Below, piece after piece: positions 10,058 to 21,180 of a stretch of 64,000 bases of DNA. The notes beneath the pieces were generated by a model. That model was not told the origin of the DNA and did no database searches. It was given only the letters and a program-made list of their open reading frames with translations. Location of the stretch: the NCBI GenBank assembly GCA_963827655.1, contig CAWHCF010000036.1, positions 32,001-96,000 on the forward strand, written 5' to 3'. The DNA is from an uncultured Acidobacteriota bacterium (GTDB lineage Bacteria > Acidobacteriota > UBA6911). Position numbers and translations under genes: made by a program. Positions within the stretch are counted from its first letter, which is position 1. Each line of letters begins with the position of its first letter.

Positions 10058-12215
10058 CGGTCTCGCTTCCATGCCTCAAACCCTCTAAAATGACGCAGCC
10101 TTCACTTAGCGCGAGGCAGGCAAGCTGCTGGACGGGTCGCCCTCGATTCCGGTTTCCCTTCAAGTAGCGGTTCCACCACTTGAGCTCGTTGATCATGCGG
10201 TGCACGTTGTTCCAGTGGCCGCCGATGCCATGGGGCTGACCGGCATACTGGATCATCTTGGCCGGAATGCCGCGTCGCTTGAGGGCGAAGTACATCTGCT
10301 CGGCTTCTTCATACGGGACGCGCTGGTCGACCTCGCCGTGAACGAAGAGCGTCGGGGTTTTCACGCTTCCGGCATACGCGAGCGGCGACTGCCTGATCAT
10401 GCGGTCGCGGGCCTCCTGATCCCAGGGCGTGCCGTAGAACTCGGTTTCCTTGGTCCGGTAGATGTCGGCCGTCCCATAGTCGCTGATCCAGTTCGAAATT
10501 CCGGCGCCGGTAATGGCGGCAGCGAAGCGGTCCGGGTACTGGGTGATCAGCCAGTTGGTCATGAACCCGCCGTAGGAATGACCGGTATGGCCGACTCGCT
10601 TCGGATCGATCGGGTAGTTCTTGAGGACGTAGTCGATCCCCGATACCACGTCTTCGCCGTCCTTCTTCCCCCACTCACCCCAGGTCGCCCACTTGAAAGC
10701 CTCGCCGTATCCGGTCGAGCCGCGGAAGTTAGTGTCGAGCACGAAGTATCCGTTGGCCGCGAAATACTGCTTCTTGAAGTCGAAGCTGTATCCCGTGGCC
10801 GAATGGGGCCCGCCGTGGCTTGTGACGATCAGCGGATAGGTACCCCGGGCCCGATCATATCCGTACGGATATAGCAGCCAGCCTTCGATCTCGGTTCCGT
10901 CATGGCTCTTCCAGCGCAACCGGTCTGCGTTGCTGAGCCCGATCTCCGCGAGGATGGCTTTGTGGACTTCGGAGACCCGGCGCTCGCTCGTCCCATCGAT
11001 GGCGGCAACGTACACCTCCGGCGGCGCCGCGTGCGTTTCGACCGTGTAGGCCATCCGCTTTGAGCTTTTGTCGATGCTGATGCCGCTGAGCCGGCGCTCG
11101 CCTTTCGTGACCTGCTCGACGCGGCCTGCCGGCACCGAAACGCGGAACAAATTGTGCTCGCCGCCGATTTCGGCCGTGAAATAGACGGACTGACTGTCCG
11201 GCGACCAGCGTGGGCCGCGAGGCTCGAGATCCCAGGCCGCCGTCAGGTTGATCGGTTCCCCTCCCTGTGCGGGCCGGACGAAGAGATCTCTGGGGCCGCC
11301 ATGATTCAGCCTCTGCTGGATTACCATGTCGGTGCCATGGCCGCGAATGTAGGAGAGATACCTGCCGTCCGGCGAGAAATCCGGGCTGCCATAGGTGTAA
11401 AGATCATCCGTCAGCCGGTTTACCTTTCCTTCCGGAGTGACGGTCCACAGGTTCGGGCACTCATACTTCAACTCGTCCCGCCAGTGGGAGTCGGCAGTGA
11501 AGGCCAGGAGCTGTCCATCGGGATGCCAGATAATGTCCGCAGGCCGCAGGTCCAGGTTTGTGAGTATCCTTTCCTGGCCCCCCGTCACGGGCCGGATCAC
11601 GATCTGCGCAGCCGGGCGGGCGCGCAGGTTCGGTGCGGGAAACGGCACGCCGTCCCGCTGGAAGTCCTTCCAGTCGAAGATCACGCCTTTGAACCGCTCC
11701 TCGTGCCGTCGCTCGAATTCGCTTGCGTATACCGGGTCCTGACGGCGCTTCGGCTCATCCCTGACCACCGCGATCCATTTTCCGTCGCGGCTCACCGTGC
11801 CGGCCGGCAGGCGTTCAATCCTCAGCGGAGGCGCCAGAGGGGCGTCGGGATTCATGCTCCATTGCTGCCGGTACGCCGAATACTGGAGCCGGTCATCGGC
11901 CGTCCAGAGCGTCTCCGCCACGTCCTTCCCGTAGTGCAGAACCCGCCACGGCTGCGCCGTCCCGTCAGTCGGGACGAGGTACGTTTCGGTCCTTGTGCTG
12001 TTGTCTTCCTCGATCCGGGTCGCGACCGAGAACGCCACCCAATTGCCATTCGGCGAAATCTTGACGTTCCCTACCGTCTGGATGCGGTAGTAATCCTCGA
12101 TCGTGAGCGCCCGGCGCGACCCGGCTGGCCGCTGAGCTCCGCCGTCGAGCGTCAGGCACAACAAAAGGACTCCGTTCGACAGGAAACAGAATCGGGCACG
12201 CATGTATCGCGCCAT
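10032..12215 (-). CDS. S9 family peptidase (acylaminoacyl/dipeptidyl aminopeptidase)
   Basis: PD40-like propeller repeats; HGGP, GHSYGG (nucleophile), DQRVP and GQPHG. Confidence 0.93.
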   Translation of the reverse strand: MARYMRARFCFLSNGVLLLCLTLDGGAQRPAGSRRALTIEDYYRIQTVGNVKISPNGNWVAFSVATRIEEDNSTRTETYLVPTDGTAQPWRVLHYGKDVAETLWTADDRLQYSAYRQQWSMNPDAPLAPPLRIERLPAGTVSRDGKWIAVVRDEPKRRQDPVYASEFERRHEERFKGVIFDWKDFQRDGVPFPAPNLRARPAAQIVIRPVTGGQERILTNLDLRPADIIWHPDGQLLAFTADSHWRDELKYECPNLWTVTPEGKVNRLTDDLYTYGSPDFSPDGRYLSYIRGHGTDMVIQQRLNHGGPRDLFVRPAQGGEPINLTAAWDLEPRGPRWSPDSQSVYFTAEIGGEHNLFRVSVPAGRVEQVTKGERRLSGISIDKSSKRMAYTVETHAAPPEVYVAAIDGTSERRVSEVHKAILAEIGLSNADRLRWKSHDGTEIEGWLLYPYGYDRARGTYPLIVTSHGGPHSATGYSFDFKKQYFAANGYFVLDTNFRGSTGYGEAFKWATWGEWGKKDGEDVVSGIDYVLKNYPIDPKRVGHTGHSYGGFMTNWLITQYPDRFAAAITGAGISNWISDYGTADIYRTKETEFYGTPWDQEARDRMIRQSPLAYAGSVKTPTLFVHGEVDQRVPYEEAEQMYFALKRRGIPAKMIQYAGQPHGIGGHWNNVHRMINELKWWNRYLKGNRNRGRPVQQLACLALSEGCVILEGLRHGSETVRRRARRA

Positions 12216-12426
12216 AACCTCCTCCGGTTCGCTGGATGCCTCACAAGACGAGAGCAGTATCGGCGGATCTTAGCACAACCGCCCGGCAGGTTGGGCTACC
12301 CACAGAACCCAGACGGACTGTGTCACTCCAGGCCATCCCCCAATTTTTTCACAGATGACGAGAATGAGCGGTGCTATGATGAACACCAGGAATCAGGAGT
12401 CAACCCGGGCCGCAAAAGGAAATGAC

Positions 12427-12795
12427 ATGAATCCGGTTGTCATCAGCACCATCATAGCGGCCGCCAGTTTTATTCTCACCATCTACAGCGCGATCTACCT
12501 CAACCAGCGTCACGTGGACAAGCTGGTCGAGCAGCTTGAGAAGAGATTTGAAGCGCGCATCACAGGGCTGGCGCAGACCACAGAGGCACGCATTGCCGGC
12601 CTGGCGCAGACCACGGAGGCACGCATTGCCGGCCTGGAACAGACGATGAACGCTCGCTTTGACGCAGTGAATGCCCGCTTCGAGAAGATGGAGCAGATCA
12701 TGAATGCCCGCTTCGAGAAGTTGGAGCAGATCATGAACGCCCGCTTCCACGCGGTCGAGTCACGCCTGGATCGGATTGAACAGATTGCCTTCTAG
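12427..12795 (+). CDS. Small single-TM coiled-coil protein, paralog B
   Basis: Nearly identical N-terminus to 9725-10057; two pairs of 33-bp tandem repeats (12568-12633, 12671-12736). Confidence 0.75.
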   Translation: MNPVVISTIIAAASFILTIYSAIYLNQRHVDKLVEQLEKRFEARITGLAQTTEARIAGLAQTTEARIAGLEQTMNARFDAVNARFEKMEQIMNARFEKLEQIMNARFHAVESRLDRIEQIAF

Positions 12796-13129
12796 CCCGC
12801 CCCGCCTGGCGCCAAGCGTGTAACACGCAATCCGTTACCACGCCACTTCCTTCCCGAAAAAAAGTGAAAGGGTAGCCTGTCACCGATTTTCGTTTCCATT
12901 AAGATGCTTCGCGTTTCTTCGAGTCTTTGCGCCTTAGTGGTTGGTTCTTGTTCCCGCGCACCGACCACGAAGACGCGGTAGCGATTTTTCCGATTGAGAT
13001 CAACCCCCAAAGTCGCTAACCTCTCCCTCAGAGTAAACTCCAGTTGATTGATTCGATTCCCGCGCGACGGGTAGATCGTTGCGCGACCGGGTGGGGTGAT
13101 CACACCAACTACTCGAAGGGGAGGATCCC

Positions 13130-14035
13130 ATGATAAGACGCAGAGAGTTTTTCGCGCTTGCAGCCGCGCTGCCGGCCAGCGCGCTACGCGGCGTCGAGAC
13201 CGGCAAGATTCCGGCCCGCAAGGCAGGAAAAGTGGAGACTGTCTTCAAGTCACCTGGCCCGAAGCCGAACGGGTTGCAAGCGACAAGCGACGGATTGTGG
13301 ATCATCGACCAGGGCGATAACCGAGCATACCTGGTCAGCTACAACGACGGCAAGGTCCTGCGTGCCTTCGATACGGAAGGGGACAGAGCCAGCGGCATCA
13401 CCTTTTACGGCGATGCCATCTGGATCGCCTCGACCTATAGCCGTGAGATCATCCAGTCCCAGGCTATGACGGGCAAGACGATAGCCAAGCACTTCACTCC
13501 CGGAGCAGGCGTCATTTACCGCATGGTTGGAGATCCGCCAAGCCGGAGCAGCCCGCTCGCCTCGGCGTCGGCCGCGGCGCAGCAACCAAGAGAGAGCCAG
13601 CAGCAAGGGCAGGGCCTGGGCTCAGGTCAGGGTTCGGGTCAAGGTCAGGGAGTCGGGGGATTCCAGCAGGGACAAGTGCTGGGGAGCAAGGCGCTCGGAA
13701 CCGGCGCGCACGGCCTTGAGTGGAGAGAAGGCAAACTGTGGGTCGCTGTCCCTCCTTCGCGCACCATCTATCGCCTCAATCCCAAGGACTGGATCGTCGA
13801 ACTCAAGTTCCCGACCGTAGGCAACCGCCCGCACGGAATCGGATGGGAGGGCAAATGGCTGTGGTGTGCCGACTCCAATCTGAACGCCTTCTTCAAGCAC
13901 GACCCGGAAACCGGTGAGGTGGTCGAGAAGATTCAGCTCGCTGACAAGGATCCCCTGCCGCACGGCATGACGATCTGGCAAGGAATGATGTGGTATTGCG
14001 ACGACGTCGGCGTAGTCTGCCGGCTCAAGATGTAG
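13130..14035 (+). CDS. Tat-exported beta-propeller protein (glutaminyl cyclase/Vgb-like) with a Gln/Gly-rich insert
   Basis: IRRREFF; repeated PNGL/ASGI/AHGL/PHGI/PHGM...W blades. Confidence 0.7.
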   Translation: MIRRREFFALAAALPASALRGVETGKIPARKAGKVETVFKSPGPKPNGLQATSDGLWIIDQGDNRAYLVSYNDGKVLRAFDTEGDRASGITFYGDAIWIASTYSREIIQSQAMTGKTIAKHFTPGAGVIYRMVGDPPSRSSPLASASAAAQQPRESQQQGQGLGSGQGSGQGQGVGGFQQGQVLGSKALGTGAHGLEWREGKLWVAVPPSRTIYRLNPKDWIVELKFPTVGNRPHGIGWEGKWLWCADSNLNAFFKHDPETGEVVEKIQLADKDPLPHGMTIWQGMMWYCDDVGVVCRLKM

Positions 14036-14088
14036 ACCGTACAATCATCAAGACGGTAACACAGGGAAAGTATCCATTAGGAGGACTT

Positions 14089-17000
14089 ATGAACCTGCCT
14101 GTAAAGAAGGTTGCAGCGCTTGTATTGTTTCTGCCCTGCTGCGCGCTCCTGGCTCAGATCACACTCTCCACGATACGTGGAAGTGCTACCGACCCCACCG
14201 GTGCCGTCATGGTCAATGCCTCGATCAGCCTGACCAACGTGGATACAGGCGCCAAACGGGACGTGAGTCACCGACCCGAGCGGGAACTTCGAGATACCGG
14301 ATTTGCCCCGGGGCAAGTACCGGCTTGTCGCCAATGCGCCCGGCTTCAAGACATTTGTCGCCGATGACATTCTGCTGGAGGGGAACCAGATTCGAAGAAT
14401 CAACCTCAGCTTCGAACTGGGAACGGTCGGCACCGAGGTCAGCGTCACCGCCGGCGCCGCGATCATTACCACGGATTCTGCGAAGATCCAGGGCTTCGTG
14501 AACATAAACAAACATTTTGATAACCCGTGGGTCGCGGCAGAGGCGAACCTGGACCATAGCCTGTACATCACGACTTTGCCCCTGGTTCAGCAGGCAGGCG
14601 GGGTGTGGAGCACGCGGGTCTCGGGTCAGCCGTCGAACCAGGTACAGATGGGCCAGGACGGTCACACCAACGATAACGCCGTCAACCAGCTCAACGACAT
14701 CCTTGACACCCAGGAGGTGCAGGTCACGGCGGTCAGCAATTCGGCGGAGTTTGCCCGCGTCGGCTACTTGAACCTGGTGACCAAGTCCGGATCCAACCAA
14801 TTCCACGGACGCTTCGCATACTGGCACCAGAACTCGGCCCTCGGGGCCCGGGAGTTCTTCGAAGGAAGCGACAAATACAATAAGTTGGTTCACACGACCA
14901 GCATCAGCATGTCGGGTCCGATCAGGAAAGATAAGACCTTCTTCTACGCCTCCTGGAACAACCTGAAGGAGCCGAGCGAGCAGTTCTATCTGCGGGACGT
15001 CCCCACGCAACAGATGCGAGGCGGCGATTTCTCGCAATTGCTGAGCACCAGCCGGCCGACCGTCGTCCGGGACCCGATGACCGGCAATCCATTTCCAGGG
15101 AACATCATTCCATCCACGCGGCTGAGTCCGCTTTCGTTGCGAGTCAACGAAAAATACCTTCCGCCACCCAACCGGGGGACCCCCGCTGACCTGTCGAGCA
15201 ACCATGCGTTCGTCTTCCCGTTTCCCTATGACTACGCCCTCCGACGCGACCTCACCCAGCGGATCGACCATAACTTCACCAGCAAGAACCGCCTGATGGC
15301 GCGATTCATCGAAAACCTCGACAACTACGTGTTGCCCGGCAGCTTCGACACGCTCTCCCGAACCAGGCAGCGCTGGAACGTTCACATGGTCATCGAAGAC
15401 ACTCATGTGTTCTCGCCCACGATCGTGAACACCTTCCGGTGGGGCCTTTACCAGGAGAAGGTCACCGATGGGATTCCCCTGTACGGGGTGACTCCGGTCA
15501 AGGGTGACGAGGTAGTGGCGGAGCTGGGGTTGCAGGGAGTCAATTCGCAAGGGCTCAGTGAAATGGGATTCCCGCAGATGAACATCTCCGGCTACCCGAT
15601 CCTGAACATTTCGCCCGGAGGTGTGCCGCAGGATGATTACAACTGGGGTTACGCCGATACGGTGACCTGGTCCAAGGGACGGCATGTCATCAAGTTCGGC
15701 GGCGAATACAAGCCGCAAAACCGCCTCGTTAACGTCGTGCCGACCGGGAACTACGGCGACTTCACCTTCAACGGGACGTTTACCGGATATGGTTACTCCG
15801 ATTTCCTGCTGGGGATTCCGTTCAGTAGTGCACGGCTCGATCCTCTGACCAACCGGTGGCGCGACGACAAGGAACTCGGCTTTTTCATTGCCGATGACTT
15901 CAAGGTCAGTAACCGAGTGACCGTGAATTTCGGGTTGAGGTGGGACCGGTTCGGAGCGCCCTCGCTCCGCGATGGACTGATGTGGAACTGGGACACGGCG
16001 ACCGGCAACATCGTCATTCCTTCGGGCACGGAAAGTCAGGTGCGCCCGGTGTACCCGAAAAACATCAACATCGTAGCCGGACAGGTGACTCAGAACCCGG
16101 ACAACGGGAACTTCGCGCCTCGGATCGGTGTCGCCTGGCGGCCCTTCGGTGAGAACACCGTGATCCGCGGGGGTTACGGTCTCTATAACGAGACCATCGG
16201 CCGGTACTCGCGCCTGAACACGGGCGGACCGTTCGAGATCGCCGAGACCTATCTTAACTCGATCCAGAACGGCGTTCCGTTGTTTACGTTCCCGAATCCC
16301 TTTCCTGGTTCCAGCGCGACGATTCCGTCGCAGAACGTTACCGGCTACCCGCTCGACACGAGGCACGGCCAGATTCACCAGTACAACGTGACCGTGGAGC
16401 ATCAGATCCGCGACATAGGAGTTCGGCTAAGCTACGTCGGCTCGCGCAGCCGGAACCTGAACTACAGTCTGGCGATCAATAAACCGGAGCCCAGTTCGAC
16501 TCCATTCACACAGTCCCGCCGTCCGTGGCCGCAGTTCGTGGGCGGGACCTACTTCCGGAACGACGGCGCGGCCAATTTCAACGCGATGACCGTCGAAGTG
16601 ACCAAGAGAGTGGGTGCCTTGACCTTCAACGGTCACTACACCCTGGCTTCAAACTACAACAACATGCTTAACTTCGAGAATCCCTATGGCGAGCTCGCAT
16701 TCGGCCGCGATGAGTTCACGACGCGCGACCGGGCTGTGATAAGCGCAGTCTGGGAGATTCCGGTGGGAAGGGGACGCCGCTACATGTCCGATGCTCCTGC
16801 TGTGGCCAACCAATTCCTCGGAGGATGGCAACTCTACTGGATTGCCTACCTGGAGAGCGGCTGGTACTTCTCACCCACGTTCTCGGGAAGCGACCCGTCC
16901 AACACCAATACCAGCGGTGGGCGGCCGGACCGCGTCTGCAACGGCAACCTGCCTTCGGGTGAACGAAGCATCAGCCGGTGGTTCGACGCCGTCGTGCTTC

Positions 17001-17276
17001 GCCGTGCCTCCCTCCGGCCGCTTCGGTAACAGCGGCTCGGACGTCCTGGAGGGGCCGGGCTACCATATGCACCACATCTCCTTCGCGAAGAACTTCGATT
17101 TGACCGAGCGGCTCAAGTTCACCTTCACGATGTCGGCGGCGAACGCGTTCAACCACCCGAATTTCGCGAGGCCCAGTGCGAACATTTCAACGCAGGGGAG
17201 CGTTGGCGTAGTCAGCGCCCTGCGCGCGGGCGCGGCGGCCCGCCGCATCGAGTTTCGCGGCCGCTTCGACTTCTGA
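14089..17276 (+). CDS. TonB-dependent receptor, Oar-like, with N-terminal carboxypeptidase-regulatory-like domain; frameshifts near 14270 and 16990
   Basis: IRGSATDPTGA, NLVTKSGSNQFHG, GPIRKDKTFF, GLRWD, NFAPRIGVAW, NAFNHPNF and C-terminal aromatic RFDF. Confidence 0.88.
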
Positions 17277-18227
17277 GCCGATTTCAGGTTGCGCGGGGGA
17301 GGCTGGCGCTCCGCGTTGGGCGCGAGTCCCGTAACCGGGACGTGCCCGGACGCGCCAGCGCCCCCCGTGAACCTTTACCTCAATACGTCGATATTCGCCT
17401 GCCGTCAGCGGCCGCGAGGGCTGGTAGGCGAGAGTGTACTGTGTCCGGAGATCGGTCGTGATGCGGTCGATCGTGCGGCGCAGGTCCTGGTCCGAGCGGG
17501 GAAAGAACGCCTCGGCTCCCGACTCCTTCGCCAGGCGCTGAAAGACGACCCGGGGATTGTCGATCTGCTGACCGTTGATCAGCGAGATCTTCGCGGGTCC
17601 GGTGTGAAATATCGCCTCTTCCTCCTTGCTGAAGTATCCGATGCCGTAAAGCTGAACCTGGGACTCCTGGACGGCGCGCACCACCTCCTCGAGCGTATGA
17701 AGGCTGTGCTGGTCCGAACCGTCGGAGAAAACGACCAGCGCGCGGCGCGCGTGGCTTGCGCCTGCTGCGCGCGACAATCCCACCAGGATGGCATCGTAGA
17801 GACTCGTCCCGCCGCCGAGCGTAGTCGCGGAAATCTCCTGCTCGACCCGGAGGCGGTCGGTGTGGTCGCCGACCGTGCCGCGCACCTCGTGGTCGAAAGG
17901 GAGGTACGCGAAGGCGCTTTCCGGCCGGGCAGCCCTGACCAGGGCGACGGCAGCCTCCTTGGCGCGCTCGAGCTTGGCGTTCTCGCTCATGCTCTCGCTT
18001 CGGTCGAGCAGGATGCCGAGCGCGATCGGCTGCTCCTCGTTCGAGAAGGACTCAATCTTCTGGACAACGCCGTCTTCGTAAAGGGTGAAGTTTCGCTGGC
18101 CGAGCCCGGCGACCTCACGGCCGCTGCGCTCCGCGACCCGCACTCCGACCGTAACCAGCCCCACCTCGACGCGGATCGACATTTCCTGAGCAGCCGCGAG
18201 GACGAGCACCAAAGCCGCTAATCTCAT
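17187..18227 (-). CDS. VWA domain protein (acidobacterial VWFA type)
   Basis: MIDAS DRSES, TSLYDAI, FSDGSD, LRTQYTLAY and VRARPGY; the true stop may be earlier because the ORF overlaps the convergent gene. Confidence 0.88.
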   Translation of the reverse strand: MRLAALVLVLAAAQEMSIRVEVGLVTVGVRVAERSGREVAGLGQRNFTLYEDGVVQKIESFSNEEQPIALGILLDRSESMSENAKLERAKEAAVALVRAARPESAFAYLPFDHEVRGTVGDHTDRLRVEQEISATTLGGGTSLYDAILVGLSRAAGASHARRALVVFSDGSDQHSLHTLEEVVRAVQESQVQLYGIGYFSKEEEAIFHTGPAKISLINGQQIDNPRVVFQRLAKESGAEAFFPRSDQDLRRTIDRITTDLRTQYTLAYQPSRPLTAGEYRRIEVKVHGGRWRVRARPGYGTRAQRGAPASPAQPEIGSEVEAAAKLDAAGRRARAQGADYANAPLR

Positions 18228-18257
18228 CTGTTATCGTCTTTGCGCCTTCCCGTCTTA

Positions 18258-18490
18258 GGGCTCGCGCAAAAATAACTTCACATTCTGGCGCGAGAGTCGG
18301 TGGTCAATCATGAACCGGTTTCTGTTAGCCAACCACGCTGAGGATCACGCCCCTTCGGGCTGCGGCCCGCAGGCCCGCTGGCTTTGTTGCTCGCTCCTCA
18401 CGTACCGCACCGGGTACGCATCGTCGCTCGCGCCTCGCCAGCGGGCCTGGGGGCCTGCAGCAGAATGCGAACTTATTTCTGCGCGAACCC
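18258..18490. mobile_element. 233-bp MITE with ~30-bp TIRs and TTA target duplication
   Basis: Left GGGCTCGCGCAAAAATAACTTCACATTCTG versus right-end reverse complement GGGTTCGCGCAGAAATAAGTTCGCATTCTG; TTA at 18255-18257 and 18491-18493. Confidence 0.85.
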
Positions 18491-21112
18491 TTAGTGGTCA
18501 CTTTTATCCGGCCCGTTAACCAGCGCATTGAAAACCATTTTGAACGTTCCGTGTGTCTGCGCCCGGTGCTGCGGCCTGAAGCCGATGAGCACAAACTTCC
18601 CGTCACCATACTGCGCCGAGACCATCGCCGCCTTTCGGGCGATGATCTCCTCACCGAGCAGCCACCCGCTCTGAAGGATGTCCCGGTCCGCGAACGTGAC
18701 GATCGTATCGATCTTCTCGTTGCGGTCGGTCGGGATAATCTCATAGGCCTGGCTCCCGGCCAGGAACACCGCCAGGCCCTGTGATGGCATTCCATACGCC
18801 AGCGGGTTGGCAGGGTCGTACTTGACCTTGAGCGTCGAGCCGGGACACCAGAACTCAGCCGGCTTCCTTCCCGCCACAACGTTACGCAGCGGGAGTTCGA
18901 ACTTCTCGATCGCGAGGGCGCCGGCCTCTCCGAACGCCATGAGTGTGCCGCCCTTCTGCACGAACGACCTTAATGCTTCCACGCCTTCTTTCCCGATGCC
19001 GCTGCGATACTCCGGGGGATAGACTGGCGCGCGGCTGCCGCGCTCGGGGCCGCGATCGCCTGTGATCATGCCGGGCGAATCGGAGGGCAGGATGATCACG
19101 TCGTATCGACCCTCGAGACCGCCGCTTTTGACCTCCGCGTCTTTCAAGGAGGTGTATGGGAAGCCGAAGTTCTCGAGAAGCAAGCGGGTCCAGCCCTCGT
19201 CCATGTTGCCGCCGTAATACCGCTGGTACATGCCGACCCGTGGCCGTTTGATGGCGTAGCTTCCCCGCTTGACGTCATGCTGCAGCGCATTGAAGTCGAC
19301 CCCGGTCTGCCTGGCTACCTCGCCGACCACTGCGTCGGAGCCGGCAGCAACGATGAAGTCGCCCGCCCGGAGGCTCGTGTCTCCCGGTGCGCCAACCCGC
19401 CGGACCGAGACGCCCTTGTCGAAAAGAAGGTTCATCGCCCTGAAGCTGTCGTTCAGACGTCCGTCCATGGAATATCCGAAATTTCCCTTCGCAACCTTGC
19501 CCGCCAACTCAACCGGCGCGGCGACTTTGACAAGATCGGATTGGACCGCTTCATCAACCGGATCGACCCGGATCCCCATGAACTCGGCCATCGTGTCAGT
19601 CGCCATGTCGTACGGGCGAATCGGATTGCCGTCCCGGTCACGAGTGTAGCTGTTGTCCGGATAGTGGGTCCTGCCCAGCAGCCACCGGATCACCCCCATC
19701 TTGGGCTGCGCCATCGACACGACGAAAGCCCCCGGCTTGTACATGACATCGGCGGCACTGAAGTCTTTGCGGGCTTGATGGACTTCGATGCCTTGAATCA
19801 ACAGCTGATTCACCAGCTTCGCCGCGGTTAACGGATCGTGCTGGTTGGCCGGTATCACATACGCAGCCGGTTTTCCCTGGGCGCCGCGCTCGGTCTGCCG
19901 CTTCGCTTTCAGGTAGGCGTTCCAGAGCACGGTCTCACGGTTTTTCGCGGCCAGGTCCAGGGCCGCCCAGGCCGAGATCTTCTGCCGTTCGATGATGTCG
20001 CGGAGCTTCCACCACCCGCCCGGCCAGGGATTGGGAAATGTCGTCTGCTCCTCGTACCTTGGAAGTCCCCTCGTCTCGCCTCGCAGCTGATCAGGATGAA
20101 TATAGAGGGGAGTCGCCAGCCTGGCGTTGGCGGACTCCGTGAGCATTCCGGCGATATTGTGGAACGGGGTAATCCAATGAAATCCGAAGTGTCCCCAGCC
20201 GGAATAGATCGCCGAGTTCACGATGCCTGACTTGCCTGCCTCTTCTTCCTTGTACGCAATGTGGGAGCCGTACCAGCTGAGTTCTCTCCAAACCAGCGGA
20301 TCCGCGAAAGGACGAACGGGTTCGGCGTAGGGTGGAACGTAGAGCCGGGCGCCGTAACTGCCCATGTGATGATGATCGATGTAGGCTTGAGGCATCCACT
20401 CCCGGAACAGGATCCGGGCCATGTAGCGGGACTCGATCAAGTTGGTCTGGAACGCGTCACGGTTGTTGTCGTGTCCGGCATACTTATGGTAGAGGGACGG
20501 GTAGTTCACTCCTTCCGACTCGGTCTTGAGCGTCTTCTGGTACCAGTCGGTGACCATGATCTGTCCGTCCGGGTTGAAGGACGGGATCATCAGGAAGATG
20601 ACATTGTCCAGGATGCGCTGTGTTTCCGCATCGGCGCTCGAGACCAGATCGTACGCGAGCTCGGGCGCCATCTGGCTGCCGCCGATCTCTGTGGCATGGA
20701 GGCTCATCGATTGAACGATGACAGCCTTGCCCTCGGCCACCAGCTTCTTGATCTCGGCCTCCTGCGCCCCGCGCGGGTCGCTGATCCGGGCGTTCACTTG
20801 CCGCAGCTGTTCCAGTCGTCCGAGATTGGCCGGGGAGGAGATGATCACCAGCAGGAACGGGTTCCCCATCGTGCTGGGACCCATGTCCACGACCTTTATC
20901 CTGGGGCTCGCTTTCTCGAGCACTTTGTAGTATTCGACCATCTTGTCCCAGCGCGCCATCTGCCTGTCGGCGCCAAGCTGAAATCCGAAGAACTTCTCCG
21001 GCGACGTAACCTGGTTCTGTGCCTGCGCCTCCCCGGGTAGGAACGGAGAAAGGGCCAAGATCAAGACCAGGAAAACGCGAGTGATTTGAAGGAAGTTTCT
21101 TTTTCTTATCAT
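18491..21112 (-). CDS. M14 zinc carboxypeptidase with C-terminal class I glutamine amidotransferase-like domain
   Basis: HATE zinc motif, NPDG, DNNRD, DHHHMG; signal peptide. Confidence 0.9.
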   Translation of the reverse strand: MIRKRNFLQITRVFLVLILALSPFLPGEAQAQNQVTSPEKFFGFQLGADRQMARWDKMVEYYKVLEKASPRIKVVDMGPSTMGNPFLLVIISSPANLGRLEQLRQVNARISDPRGAQEAEIKKLVAEGKAVIVQSMSLHATEIGGSQMAPELAYDLVSSADAETQRILDNVIFLMIPSFNPDGQIMVTDWYQKTLKTESEGVNYPSLYHKYAGHDNNRDAFQTNLIESRYMARILFREWMPQAYIDHHHMGSYGARLYVPPYAEPVRPFADPLVWRELSWYGSHIAYKEEEAGKSGIVNSAIYSGWGHFGFHWITPFHNIAGMLTESANARLATPLYIHPDQLRGETRGLPRYEEQTTFPNPWPGGWWKLRDIIERQKISAWAALDLAAKNRETVLWNAYLKAKRQTERGAQGKPAAYVIPANQHDPLTAAKLVNQLLIQGIEVHQARKDFSAADVMYKPGAFVVSMAQPKMGVIRWLLGRTHYPDNSYTRDRDGNPIRPYDMATDTMAEFMGIRVDPVDEAVQSDLVKVAAPVELAGKVAKGNFGYSMDGRLNDSFRAMNLLFDKGVSVRRVGAPGDTSLRAGDFIVAAGSDAVVGEVARQTGVDFNALQHDVKRGSYAIKRPRVGMYQRYYGGNMDEGWTRLLLENFGFPYTSLKDAEVKSGGLEGRYDVIILPSDSPGMITGDRGPERGSRAPVYPPEYRSGIGKEGVEALRSFVQKGGTLMAFGEAGALAIEKFELPLRNVVAGRKPAEFWCPGSTLKVKYDPANPLAYGMPSQGLAVFLAGSQAYEIIPTDRNEKIDTIVTFADRDILQSGWLLGEEIIARKAAMVSAQYGDGKFVLIGFRPQHRAQTHGTFKMVFNALVNGPDKSDH

Positions 21113-21180
21113 CGGGTTCTCCTTCGAGGACCGGCGTTCGGTATGGTGCGAATACTACTCCAGTCAATTCGAACAACAAA

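Noticed and set aside
9713-12795. Diversity-generating retroelement (template/variable repeat pair)
   Set aside because: Differences between the paralogs are not adenine-specific and no reverse transcriptase is in the window.
14225-16402. Long antisense ORFs (725 aa here; also 54336-56282, 11154-12425, 50746-52038)
   Set aside because: These are shadow ORFs opposite confident genes, expected at high GC, with no recognisable domains.
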